Assembly (NCBI GenBank): GCA_905178155.1
Contig: CAJINV010000001.1
Span: forward strand, 10,906,311-10,970,310
From: Amoebophrya sp. A120
Lineage: Eukaryota; Protista; Dinoflagellata
Length of the DNA stretch: 64,000 nucleotides
Direction: 5' to 3'
Every line of letters begins with the position of its first letter. Within the stretch, counting starts at the first letter, position 1. The notes under the pieces are model-generated. The model worked only from the letters and a program-made list of their open reading frames with translations, was not told the origin of the DNA and did no database searches. A program made the translations under genes and the position numbers. This document shows positions 1-12,009 of the stretch, one piece after another.

Positions 1-357
1 GCGGATTTTTATAAATTGATGCGTCCTACTTCTCGCCTGGCGTTGCCCGTGTTGTTCTGGTCCCGGGAAGCCCTTAAACTCGCGGCCAAGTTTCATCGCG
101 GTTGTAGGTCTCTCAGTTTCCCAGAAATTTTTCTCCCACCTTGCCCGCCCTCAGTCGTGCTTCGCGGGTTTGTTGTCGAGACAAAACCCTTATCCAGCGG
201 GGTGCGGTCTGGCGACCTGCGTTCGCCAGCTAGGCCCGTTGTTGTTTCCGACGGATCAACTTATAAAATGTAGAACTACATAAACAGATTCGCACTCTGC
301 CACCTCCTACTTGGTCAGTGTGTTCATTCTTGGACTGCAGAAGGACTCCTCGACAAG

Positions 358-1686
358 GTGCAGAGCTACTTCGAGGACGAGAAGCGGGTCGCTCCGATTG
401 CTGCGCCCCGCCAACGCGCGACGGGCCCACGCCCCCCCGAAACGGCGCCAGATCTGGCGAAGAAGACCGGCCGCGCGCGCCAGCCCCCAGCCCACGCGAC
501 GCGTCCAAAGATGAAGCCGAGGCTGCGAGGAGCCTCGTTTATTCAAGAAAGCGTCGAAGTTGGCGATCGGATCGAAAACTACTTCGGAGTGACGGAAGAC
601 GCAGAGGTTGAAGGCTCCGCGCACCAAACAGCTGACCTGCTTTTGCCAGGTGGTCCGCTACACTACAATACCACGGCAGACATAGAGCGCGGAGCGTTCC
701 TACAGTTGTCACAGGAGCAGCATGTCGGGCGTTCATTTTTTCTTGCGGAAGAAACCGTAAAAAAAGTCACGGAATTTTTTAACGACGGCCGCAGTGTTCT
801 CGTAAAAACAATCACGTCGCTTTTTATGGGCTCTTTTGTCAGCAAGTTTGTGCCGACGACTGCCATCCTGGACCTCCTGCATGACATCGACGCGATGCTC
901 CGGCACTGTGCGGCCGAAGCGGCTGTTTCCTCAGTGATAACCGCGGTCGTTGAGCAGAGGGATGTGGATTTCAGTCCGCACGAGGTTGCGGCTCTCACGC
1001 ACGTCTTGTCACAAGAATTTCACGGCGATGCAGAATTCTGGAAACAGGCCCGCTGGTTCCGCTTGCCAGACGAACTCGTCAGTGACCAACTTCAGGGGAT
1101 TGAGGAAACAGTGGGTGCTGTTCTGCCGAGTCTGCACGAATTCATAACAATGAAGGACTTCAACGGGGAGGCCATCACGAAGGCCATCGAGGATGCCATC
1201 ACGAAGGGTGTTGAGGAAGTAGATAAATTGATCAAGCGCCTCAAGGACAAGATCGCCAGCCACGGGCACGGGAACGACAACCGAGCCAGCTATCTTGAGC
1301 TTCGCGACCAGGGCTCCCGTCCGAGTGCATTTGCGCAAGCAGCACCATCGCCGGATCGTGCTGCCAGGTACGCGAAAAAGGCGCTCCGAACACGGGCTTC
1401 CACGGCCATGCCAGCAGGGCCGGCGGCTGCGCTGAAGAGTTTGCCCGGCCACGACCTCGAGGTTGATTGGACCGGAGAGTTTTCCGACCCTACACCGTTC
1501 GAGGAGTACACGCACGAAGGGCACCTCGCGACAGCGTTGGCGAAGCAACTATGCGTCGCGAATATAAAGTCAGGGTCAGAGCAGGTAGCTAAAGCACAGA
1601 CATTGACAGTTCCGCTTGTGTGGGGAAGCAAGGTTCAACCACGCAGACAGACGCTATTAAGTAAGTTTTTGTTTGCGCCGCGATAG
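358..1686 (+). CDS. Hypothetical protein, probably the main exon of a multi-exon gene
   Basis: 442-aa ORF with natural composition and a helical/coiled-coil segment (EAITKAIEDAITKGVEEVDKLIKRLK). True start and end are uncertain; possible acceptor CTGCAG near 340 and donor CAG|GT near 1584. Confidence 0.6.
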   Translation: MQSYFEDEKRVAPIAAPRQRATGPRPPETAPDLAKKTGRARQPPAHATRPKMKPRLRGASFIQESVEVGDRIENYFGVTEDAEVEGSAHQTADLLLPGGPLHYNTTADIERGAFLQLSQEQHVGRSFFLAEETVKKVTEFFNDGRSVLVKTITSLFMGSFVSKFVPTTAILDLLHDIDAMLRHCAAEAAVSSVITAVVEQRDVDFSPHEVAALTHVLSQEFHGDAEFWKQARWFRLPDELVSDQLQGIEETVGAVLPSLHEFITMKDFNGEAITKAIEDAITKGVEEVDKLIKRLKDKIASHGHGNDNRASYLELRDQGSRPSAFAQAAPSPDRAARYAKKALRTRASTAMPAGPAAALKSLPGHDLEVDWTGEFSDPTPFEEYTHEGHLATALAKQLCVANIKSGSEQVAKAQTLTVPLVWGSKVQPRRQTLLSKFLFAPR

Positions 1687-4600
1687 CTAGACTCCAAAAT
1701 GATAGAAGGAGTGAGTCCTCGCACATGGACAGGCGAAGCGTTAGAGTCGAACAGATTCAACTCATCAGGTCGCACCATGAAAATTTCTGAAGTCGCAATT
1801 TATTACCAGCTTCCCGCACATTCGCGCCAGCAGACTTTTGAGGTCCATTACCGCTCCTCCTGTGTTGAACATGAGCCGCTTTCTGCCTGACGATGACGCC
1901 TCTTCGCAATGCATAGCAAGGCATCGAGTCGAGCCCCGAGCCTGAGAGTACGAGCCAACTCAGCGAATTACCTTCGCCGGACGAACCCGAAGCCCCCCCG
2001 CTTACAGAACACGCGGCGGACCGCCACGCCGGAAATCGCGAGCTTTCCCGAAGCGACGCTGAGTTGCCCGCGCGGATGCCAGACAAGGTTTCTGGGAGCC
2101 CGGATGCCGGCGCACGGAATCAGGAGAAAGCTGACGTCGAGACGGTCGAAACACCGGTGCCACAACCACAAAAATGATCGGTGGCGAAAATCTTTTTCCA
2201 CTGTAAGCTAAAGCTTGACACTCAGATATCATCTGACGAGAGGCCGGTGAAAACCGAAATGGCTTTTGTTTCCCAAGAAAGACACTCTGCACTTACAAGG
2301 ATATGACCTTATGGTGTTTCAGATATGATGTAGGTAGTTTGAAACAATCACGTTGATGAGTAGAACAGGGGCAGCCACTGGTTCACGCTTTAAAATCAAC
2401 CGATCACGATTTTTTTTTTTAATATTGATTTATTCTTGATTGATTGTAGTGAATTATCGTCAAGAACACGGGAAACGCAGTCTTCTGGTACTTAAAACCA
2501 GAGCGCTTTGCTCTCGGGGACCTGCCCTCCACCCAATCTGAATCAGTCGGCATACAGTACTACATGTGATCATTGGTCCTCAAAGAACCGCCGCCTTCCA
2601 AAGCAAAAGTCGCTTTCGACTTCCGAAGGGCGAGTGCAAAGCAACAGGAGCCACGAAGTTCGAGGCTGCCGAAGTCGCGGGCAATGGAGTGGCGCCGCGC
2701 GCGTGACAAAATCGGCGCCGTCCAGAGTTCCGCCACTTCGCCAGACGGGACGGAGCGCCCTGCTCCGTTTTTCGTTCTACAAGACCACTACAACGCGAAC
2801 GCTTCGCATTCACTCAAATCCCGCGCGCCCTTCTCGTGGGAGGCCCTTGTGTAGTCGGACCCTGTGGCGCATTGCCCAGAGGCGGCGGCCCATACCAACC
2901 GTCGAGGCGTCCTTGGCTCGAGGCCCCTCCCGTTCCTTGGTCCGGAGTTCTCTGCGCGACACCCTCACGTGGGGTTTTGGCAGTTTCTGAAAGTCAAATT
3001 TCCAAAAGGTACCCTACGGACCCGGTGCCGCACCCTGGGAGCCGGGTTGCCAGCACACATGTCCGACGCGCCTGGCCGTCCGACGCCAGGTCTGACCGCC
3101 TGCCCGCCGCCAGACTCTGGGGCGCCTAACCGCTCCCCCGGGCCACAGGCTGCCTGTTTCTCCGCAGTACTTGGTCCGGGGTGCCTGGTCTGTAAAGTAC
3201 CTGGCTTCAGGGCTCCCCCTGGTCCACACCTGTGCCAGTGGCGACTGCCTGTCCCTGCTTGCGTATGTTTTTGCTCTTGGGCTTGGGATTCGAACATCGC
3301 GAGCGCCCGCAGACCGATCGAAATGCTCGAACCAGACGAACCTCCGTGGATCGGTCGTTTTAGAAGGTTCGGCAAAATGGCCAGAGTCCCGATTTCTAAT
3401 GTTCTTCAAATTGTCCGCCGGAATTTGAGAATTCACAATGCAAGCGCGACGTCGAGTCCTAGCGGAAGAGAATTAGCTTAAAACTAGCAGGAAGGTTAGC
3501 AGGATAGTAGAATGAAAATTCAATTTAATTAGGAGCAGTCTTAGAAGGTAAAAGAACTAGAAGGAAGATGGGCTGCATTTTAAAGGGGTACACCAGACGA
3601 AGGAAAATCAAAAGTAGATTTTTTTTTCACAGTTAGAAAAAACACCAAATCCAGGGCGGACCAGATTACCAAGCCAACGGAATCTGTCTAGAGATTTAGC
3701 AAGCTCTTGGGCGAGGACACTGCCAGTACATGGGCACACTGGCTAATTCTACTTGCAGTACCAGCACCGAAGATTGAATCGCAGCAATGACTTTATTCTA
3801 CATCACGTGGCGGGCGAAACATCACATCAAGCACGAGTAATGTGTCTGTCCTCTTGGTGCTTTCATTCATATTTCGTCGTCGTTGTTGTTCATTTCGTCG
3901 CTGAGAACGGACGTTGCTTGAAATCCAAGCAAAAACCGTGGGGGCGAGGGCCTTGTGAGGGTCCCTGGGTGTTGCAGGTGGGCCATAGCGAGCCTAATAA
4001 CCCCTGTGAGCGCGCCTTTTCATGCCTCGCAATCATGATGGTGATGGAGTCGTGATCGGTCGTCTTGCGTTTGCAGCCTTACTTATGGACATTCCGATTT
4101 CGAATAGCAGTGAGAGTAAGCTGCAATCGTTTTCCGTCCGTCGAGTGATTTTCTGCGCCTTGAGAGGTAAATTTTTTCGAGCGTCGAGGCATCTCATAGG
4201 TCGAGGAACCAAAGTAGTAGCTTTCTCAGTCGGAAAAAATGGAAATTGTCTCGCAGGAATCGTGGTGCGAAGTTTAATATAATTGAGTGAGCCTGATCTG
4301 TGGAAGTGCAAACCGTTTTGCAGTATTATTTGCACATTCTCTGGTGATTACTCTTGTTTTGTCAGTGTCTACATGACCACGACCACGAGATTGGTAGAAA
4401 GGGAAATCAGAAGACGCCACTGGCTGACAAATTTGCGATCCAGTTGGTGTGTTGGTATTTGCATGGACGTGAGGGTTGGTATCGCCTTTGCCGCCACACA
4501 CCCAGGCTGACGCCGAAGAAGCCGAAGCTTTGAAGAGCGCGTGACTATAAGTATCGCAAAATGCCAGACGAACGGGATATCCTGCGACAGGCAGCGGGGA

Positions 4601-4741
4601 GTATTTATTTTTCCTTTAGTGCTGCTTTTGTTCTTTTTTCTTCCCGTGGGCTTACTTTGATATTAGGTCTGTGTCTCTGAAAGGCAAACGTCGCAAAAAC
4701 CCTTCATACTTACGGCTCGGATAACAGAGCGCGCCTTCCCG

Positions 4742-7700
4742 ATGCCGCGGTTGCTGCCGAGCAATGACGTAGTGATCGACTACCTCGCTCTGGAGTACAG
4801 TTTTGACCAGCCCAGTTTTGAGGTCGCGATGCGTGGTGGGATTGACTGCTTTCAAAAGAAGGACTACAGCAAGTGCACCGAGTATCTCGGGGTCGCCTAC
4901 GAAATCTCGCGGCGCATGTCCCAGCCCCATTTTCCGATGGTGCAGGGCGTTTTGGTACCAGGCTGCGTTTGCTTTCAGCCGCTTTCATCATGGTTCAAGT
5001 TTATTCGTCTGTGTGTTGTCCCCTTGTGGTTTTATTTCGTTGCTACTTGTCTTTGAAGAAAAGCTAAAATGTTGTAGTAGGTTACCAATATTCAAAATCG
5101 CGACATCTGCAGTTCATGCGGAGTGTCGCGAATTCACTGATGGGCAAAACGGTCGAAGCCTTGCACGACATCGAGGTTTCCCTGCAGGTACTATGTGCGA
5201 AAAGGAATTTTCTTCTTCAATGAATGTCATTGGTGGCCACTCATTGATGCCGAAATAACATATTTACTTCTTGCATCGTGAGTGTCTATAGACATAGTGT
5301 ACGCGACGTTAGTCATTCGTTTATGCCTCAAAAAATACAGGTCCTGCCGCACGCTGCCATCTCCCTCTACTGGCGTGGCTTCCTACTTCTGAAAACCGCG
5401 GAGAATTTATGATAGTAGACAATTATTCCCCCTCGCCCTCCCCCTCATTTGTGATGCAAGAGGCCAAATTCTTTCTGGGTGTCTCGGTCGTGTTCGCATG
5501 ACAAGTTAGTTTTTAAATCCCAAAGTGCACTACAATTCGCGGATGCGACATGCAAAACTGCACTTTGCAGGTTCTTTGTCTTGCTACACACGCCCTACCC
5601 CTTCAAAGGAGGGCACCGGGGGGATATTGTGCACTTTCATAGAGAATTGAAGTCGCGTATCGCGTGCTGCAGCAGCTGGTCGGGGCCAACCCGGAGTGGC
5701 GCAATTTCGTGGAACTGACCATCGCCTTCTTCCTGGGTTTTCATGGTTTCCAGGAGAAGGGGATCCTGATGTGCACGCGAGTCATGCGTCGAATGGAACA
5801 AGAGTTTGGCTCCCTGGACGAGGAATTTACGCGATTAGAGAAGCTAAACGAGGAGAAGTTCAAGGAAGGTCAAAAGTTCAAACCACAAGGGGGTGCACCC
5901 TCTGACGTACCTGGATCATCAACCAGGACGGAAAAGCACGTATCACTAGCTCGAGATGGCAACTCGAGTGTGAAGTTCCGAGGGGACGAGGGCGGTATAA
6001 TCGCAGGCTCCGAGCAAATCGGCGGGTCGCAATCGTCCTCTGCAGCGTACCGCAGCTACGCGACACCCGAACTGGAAAGGGAACGCAATAATGTCGATCT
6101 CGTCCGCGCTTTGGCGTAAAAATATTAAGTGCTTCTTAGGGTTAGGTTGTAGTTGTTTGTGACGCTAGCCTCGGATGAATATGGTTTTGCGTTTGAGGCA
6201 GCGGAGGGATCGTTACTTATTGAGAAACTAGTACTTACTGAGAAAATAGAAATCACATTCTAGTAAGCAACCCCGACGGATGGCATGATCCGCGCGAGCA
6301 CGTCATGCTTGCTCACGTACTCAATGAAGGTACTTTATTCGCGGAGAGTCGTACAAAGGGCACGCGCATGGCGCGTATTTTGCGCAGCAGGCTGCAGACG
6401 ACTTCTCCGTCGTGCTCGAGGTAGCTTCGGCTTCGCTGGGCAAGTGGCTGGGCAAAGGAATATCTCCGGACACGTTCGAGAACATCTTGCTAGACTGCAA
6501 AATCTTAGAACCGCACTTCCCCAAAGCGAATTCCCAAGACTACGCTTTCTTCAATCAGCAAATCGGGGGGAAACGGCCGTTTTCGGTACTGCTGCTGTCA
6601 TGTTATGATTCCAGGTATTTGAAGAGCAGGAAGATCTCTTTAAAGTATAGGATTGAAGATTTCGAATCCGAACTTGGGTTTCTTTTTCCGCTCACCTTGG
6701 GAAGCGCATTGCATTCCTTTTTGTTCATCACACTAGTCAAAATACAAACTCCAGTGTGTATCTGTGTGAGATCTTCATTTTCATCATCCACCTCAGATTT
6801 TCGGGCGTGTCGCGCTGATGGCCGTGAAGTTGAAGCACGCGCTATCACCGGGAAAGAAGATGATGCAGAACCAAGGCCGCGGAGGGCACGCAACAAGAAC
6901 GGTCGAAGTCACAAGTCCGGGCGGGACGAAAAGGACGAAACCGGCGCCGCCTCCGCCTCCCGGGGGTGCCGGAGCAGCAGGGAAAGCCGGTGGCGCGAAG
7001 TCGAGACTGCGACAGCAGGCCGATGAGCAGCGGGCGCTGCTCGCGCAGCGGCTCGGGCAAGTACCGGACGCCGCGAAGCCGTTTGAGATGTGGGGGCCGA
7101 TCGATGCGCGCAGCACGCACGTCACGCCCTACCGCAGGCAATGGGTGCAGCCCACGGGAGTGCGTCCGGGGATCGGTAGCAAGAGGGCCACCGCTTCGTC
7201 CGCAGATCGGGGGGATGCGACAGACGCGACAACCGCGGGTCCCGCATCAAAGGACACGGTGTATTCGAGATCGCAGTCGCCACCGCAGCTATCAAATGCA
7301 AAAATGTCTGGGTCTGGAAGAATGCAACTTGTAATGCGTATTTCAGAACACAGAAAAATCTCTCATGCATAGGTAGCAAAAGCTGCCCACTGTCTGTCAC
7401 CAAAGTGGGGGATTTGTCATGCGGATTCGGCATTCCGGAGGCTCTTCGAGACCTGTGATGCTAGAGCTTCCATGCCAGACCTTCTGTATCATGCAAAAAC
7501 AGCATGACTCTTCCAGACCCAGACATTTTTACATTTGATAGCAGCAAGGCTGGTACAAGAAAACGGACGAGGGGTTCGTGATTCCGACTCCGTACGAGCT
7601 GAAGTTTCAGAGCCGTAGTCCGTCTGTGGCCACGTCGCCGCAGAAACGCCGCGGGCGGAGCAGGTCGGCAACGAAGGGCAAGGCTGAGGAGAGCAGTCCG

Positions 7701-8713
7701 TCGAGGCCACGGGCGAAGGCTCCGCCCGAAACGGGCAAGAATCCGGAAATTCACATCGGCAATTGCGAGGGCAAAAGCGGCGGAAGCTTGGGGGGCGGCG
7801 GGGGAAAGAAAGGGTTGAACTATGGCGGCGGGGGTGGCTCTCGCGCAGGGTGGTCGCAGTCTCTCGTCAGTGTAGCCGGTAACGGCGTAATCACACTGGA
7901 GAGCGATGCCGTTGCCACCTCCGTTATTGAGATCCTCGGTACTTTCACATACGTTGTAGGAGGTTATCAGTGTAGAACTCAGAGTGGCGGCTTCACCTTC
8001 ATCTTGGGATATGTGTTTGTGAACGTTTGCTCTGCTGCTGTGAATTTTGTGAGCTTGCGGATATTATTGTCACGAAGAAGATAGTTGTAGAGAATCATGA
8101 TCATCACAATCAACACAGAAGCGTTTTCATTTTGGACCACCACGACACTCCTTCTTATTTTTAGGTCTCGGGCTCAGTGGTGGTGCTGGTGCAACAGACG
8201 ATATGGCAGAGGACACGAGAGGAAAACCACCTGAGCTTGAGGAGGCGACGGCAATCGTCGAGGACGGCGCAGGGACGGTTGCACTACAGGACGTCGTGGG
8301 GTCTGATACGCTTCGCGCCGCCTCGGAATTCGCGCAAATGGCCGACGCTGTAAGCGGCACCGCTGCCCCCGCTGCCGGAGAGGAGGTGCTTTAGCTGTCG
8401 AATCCTCTAGTCATTTTGAATTTTTATCTTCGGGTGACAAGTTCTTAGATGTGCGCTTCAAACTTGCTTCGCTCGCCGGCATTGGGAGAACGCGACGCCG
8501 GCCAAATCGAAACCTTAACCTATTTAATTTTGTCATCTGCTCAGGCGCCAGATGGAGAAGCTCCTGCACAATCCGGTAAAGCAGCGGACGTCACGCGTGG
8601 CGGAGAGGGTAGCTCCTCGTCAGCTTCAATATCAAAAGCTGCTACCGTGCCGGCTGCCGCAGCAGTCCCCAAGGTACCTGCGGCGGCTGCTCCGCCAAAG
8701 AAGGAACGGCCGA
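4742..8713 (+). CDS. Multi-exon TPR-repeat protein with a low-complexity C-terminal half (3' end uncertain)
   Basis: Exons join into TPR-like motifs: GIDCFQKKDYSKCTEYLGVA; SLYWRGFLLL...EVAYRVLQQLVGANPEW; ALAYFIRGESY...DDFSVVLE. The joins use GT-AG introns (6116-6329; about 6586-6796) and TIR elements at 5408 and 7290. Confidence 0.6.
5408..5641. mobile_element. TIR introner-like element, family G (degenerate)
   Basis: Left end TATGATAGTAGACAATTATTCCCCC; right-end reverse complement TATGAAAGTGCACAATATCCCCCC. Flanked by GAGAATT on both sides; internal ATTTGTGATGC. Confidence 0.75.
7290..7540. mobile_element. TIR introner, family A copy 1
   Basis: 32-bp TIR TATCAAATGYAAAAATGTCTGGGTCTGGAAGA and TSD GCAGC. 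Removal joins ORF 6818 to ORF 7578 in frame (SPPQQGWYKKTDEGFVIPTPYEL). Confidence 0.93.
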
Positions 8714-9833
8714 GTAAGTGCTCTACTTCTTTTGGTTCGGAAGGCTTGAGTCTCAAGACCTCATATCTCTGACTTCGTAGAGTGTGACTTTTCAAATGAA
8801 TTATGTAGAGAGTTCACCTCCTGTGAAGGCCGTCGCCTGAGGAGATCTCCCGGTCGTAACGTGGGGAGAAGCAGGCCGCATGCTTATCAGGGCAAGCGGT
8901 TAGTGGATCTGGTTGAAAGAGTGGCCCCAGTGAATGAGGGCCGCCGCCTCTCATGATGCCACCTCGTAGACCATATATACGCGCTGGCCTTGTTGTTCTA
9001 CGGAGAGCTAGCAGCAAGCAGCTCCTTGGCCCATGCGCTTGCGCTGCTGCGCAGGTTCGCAACAAAAAGGCACGCCGCCGCTGTGCTGTTTGTTGCCTGC
9101 CACCCGGGTGCCGCGGCTGCGCCTCGCGCGTCCACGGGACGCGACGGGGCAGCAAGCCGCGCGGCACCACCGATGAGCGCAGCTGCGCTACCGTTAGGGG
9201 AGCGCAGCCACCCAGATGGCTGGCCACCCCACCCTCCCGGATGCCGCCCCTTATCCGAGCTCGGCCAAGCCCATACCGAGAATTATAGCGCCGACCGTTG
9301 ATAGTGCGCGGCCACCCGGTTGGTCGGTACTATGAAGAGCGCGCCACGACAGGCGAGCCCTGTGGCACCACTGAATCGGCCACACAGCAACACATTGGCG
9401 GCGCACAACCGCCCACGAGTTGAGCGCCCCCAGACATGCAAATGCTTGCTGTAGCTACGCAGTGCAATACCAAATCGGACGAAAATCAACGGCAGTCGTG
9501 GGGAGGTGTTGGTGTTCGTGAGGCACTACGTCCGACGCGCCTCCGAGCCGTGAGGGCACTCGGAAGGGTAGGAGAGAGGGACCGAAAGTGCACCTACTCC
9601 GGGTGCGGGAGATCCTGGCGAGACAGATCCCACATACAATGCACTGAGACCCATCCGTCCCCTTGTACGTGCGATGTTTGTGCACAGTGGTCGGCATCAC
9701 CTGTGGCTTCGATAATAATAATATGTAGAGAGTTCGAGGAACCGGTAATAAATCATATCTAGCATAGGGATAAGTTACTTGAGCTAGGCGAATCAATGGA
9801 TGAACACGAACCATTTTCGCAGCCCCCACACAG

Positions 9834-10651
9834 TGTCTGTATCTGACCGCGGATCCAGCGGTGTTGGAGACATTCGGATTGCGCGACTTGCAAGGGGGCG
9901 AAATAGACGACGTCGTGAAGGCGCACAAGCGGCCGTTTAACAAAAAGCCCTCCGAAAAAGCGGTGCAGGCGGCGTTGTCACGTACAGTTCATTCTCAATA
10001 AATTTTGTTATAGTAAAAGGGTCACTTTATTAGCGTAAAAACAGCGGCGAAAAAAAATTGAATGCACATCGTGCGGTTTTCGTATAGGTTCCTCGTTCTC
10101 GCAATGGATTTCTTTATTCGTTGGAACTCTCTGGCCTCAGGTCCCTCCACTGACAAGCCGCTCCCGCCGCGCACCGTGTACGACGACTGGGGAGCGGAGG
10201 CGCTGCGTCGGGCGGAGTACTACTACCGGAAGGAGCTCGCCGAGCTCGGGGAACCGAGCCCCACGCACATGATCGGGGAGGAGCCCAAGCGCACCTACGA
10301 ACGCGACGACGTGTGCAAACACCTGCGAAACATCGCAACGTGGAAGAAGATATGCTGTGCAAAAGTATCGTACTCGTAGTAATCGCAGTCATGCATTACA
10401 AATCTCCTTCGTGACCTCAATCCGCATTACAAAAAATTTCATTTTTCATGCTGAGGGAATTTGTCATGCGATTTCTACTAGTGCGATGCTTTTGCATTTC
10501 ATAGAAGAAGGACGTCATCGATGCGGTGTACAACGGCGAGTTCGAGGACCTGGCAACCGACTACACTGCCCTGGACGACATTGAGGAGGTCAGCGACATG
10601 GCCACCTTGGATCGCAAAAGCTACTGCCGCCACTTTGTGGCCATCTCGTAG
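9834..10651 (+). CDS. Exons of a hypothetical protein gene (boundaries approximate; may continue to about 11780)
   Basis: GT-AG intron at about 9982-10140, and in-frame joining across the 10351 element (TWKKKDVIDAVYNGEFEDL). Confidence 0.5.
10351..10503. mobile_element. TIR introner, family F
   Basis: 37-bp imperfect TIR (30/37; TATGnnnTGCAAAAGYATCGYACT) and TSD GAAGA. Frame is restored on removal. Confidence 0.85.
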
Positions 10652-10846
10652 CACGGCCACGCTTGTTGTACGGGTGTTTGAGCTGCCGGTCTCGTCCTGT
10701 GTGGAGTCAAAAACAATGGTGCGCTCAGTTTACGAAAAAAGAAGTCTTCCGGCTTCGCATGCTTAACTAAGTATAGTGACTATCAAGAAAGTGGCATCCG
10801 CAAAAGGTATGCACCCTGGTGCGCGCTGCTTGTTTATTTTCGTCTT

Positions 10847-10888
10847 ACGCTTACGCAATAATGGTCAACGCTTACGCAATTATGGTCA
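10847..10888. repeat. 21-bp tandem duplication
   Basis: ACGCTTACGCAATAATGGTCA / ACGCTTACGCAATTATGGTCA. Confidence 0.8.
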
Positions 10889-12009
10889 AAGTTTTGCTTT
10901 CGGAGAAAGCTGCTGTTGACAGAAAAGAACGAAGAGACTTACGCGCAAAGAGAAAAGCACAGTGGCGGAGCGCTGCAGAATTGTGGACTGCGCTACGCGA
11001 GCAGCATCCTGCCTGCGTGTTCTGATCACACCGTCCTTGCCGTCTCTATGTATCTATTTGCTGCAGAAGCTTTGGTGGAGCGTTCGGGCCCTTGGAGTAG
11101 CAAGTAACGGAGGTTATTGTCGAGTCCAGCGAACACACATCCTAGTCGACGCGTTGCAGATACTTGTCGGAGCGACGTACAAGACTCAATTTATTGGCTG
11201 TGTGGGTGTCCTCTATGTATGTTGGTCGACAAAATTGGGCGTTTCAACGCAGTCAGTTCTCTATTTTTGAGGGAGCGCGTCTGTTCGTGGTATCGCTTGG
11301 ACCCCGTTCTTCGGCAAGAATGAAAAACAACGTACTTACAAATGTAGCCTGCGACTTTTGCTAGTAAAGCTCGCCAGTGCTGGGGCGCTGCCTGGGTGAG
11401 CCCAGCCGCTTGAGAAGATCTCCGAACAAGGCAAACGCAATGCACCGTTGAGAATACAGTAAGTAGTTTCATCCACTTGCAAATTTTGGTTTTTGATGTA
11501 CTTGCGGTGAGCGCGTGTCGGTGTGAAATTCACCTGGCGAGGACCCAGCAGTCGAGGATTATTACGGAGAAGACGAGAGGCTGCATGACATGATGGAAAC
11601 GTACCTTTCCGCAAAGTTTCGCCACGGGTCCCCGAGCGACAAGAATTTTCATATCGAGAAGGTGTCTTCTCCTTTCGAGTCAACCGTGAAGGCGGCAGAA
11701 CTGATTCCTCCCAGCGCCAATGACATCGAGTCGTCGATTAAGCGGGAGAAGCGCAGAGCAGCCAGGGAGGAGGAGGAGGTATAAGCAGCTGAGTGACCGG
11801 TAATTTTTCGACAGTTGCGTACTAACCTAAGACTACGTGATTGCTCTCGATGTTGTAAATCTTAATAAAGGGACGTAAAAATTGCTGAAAGACGAGACAA
11901 AACCAAAAGTCGACTGTTGCAGTACTATGTTGTGTCGACGTTTCTTGAAAGCCAAAGCGATGGAAGCACACGACCCGACGAGCGTACTTAGTCAACACGG
12001 TGGTCAAAC

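Noticed and set aside
2500-3480. GC-rich region with overlapping ORFs and short GGTCC-type repeats
   Set aside because: No convincing reading frame, TIR or TSD could be defined.
8814-9430. GC-rich stretch with several short ORFs on both strands
   Set aside because: No domain, repeat boundaries or consistent exon structure recognised.
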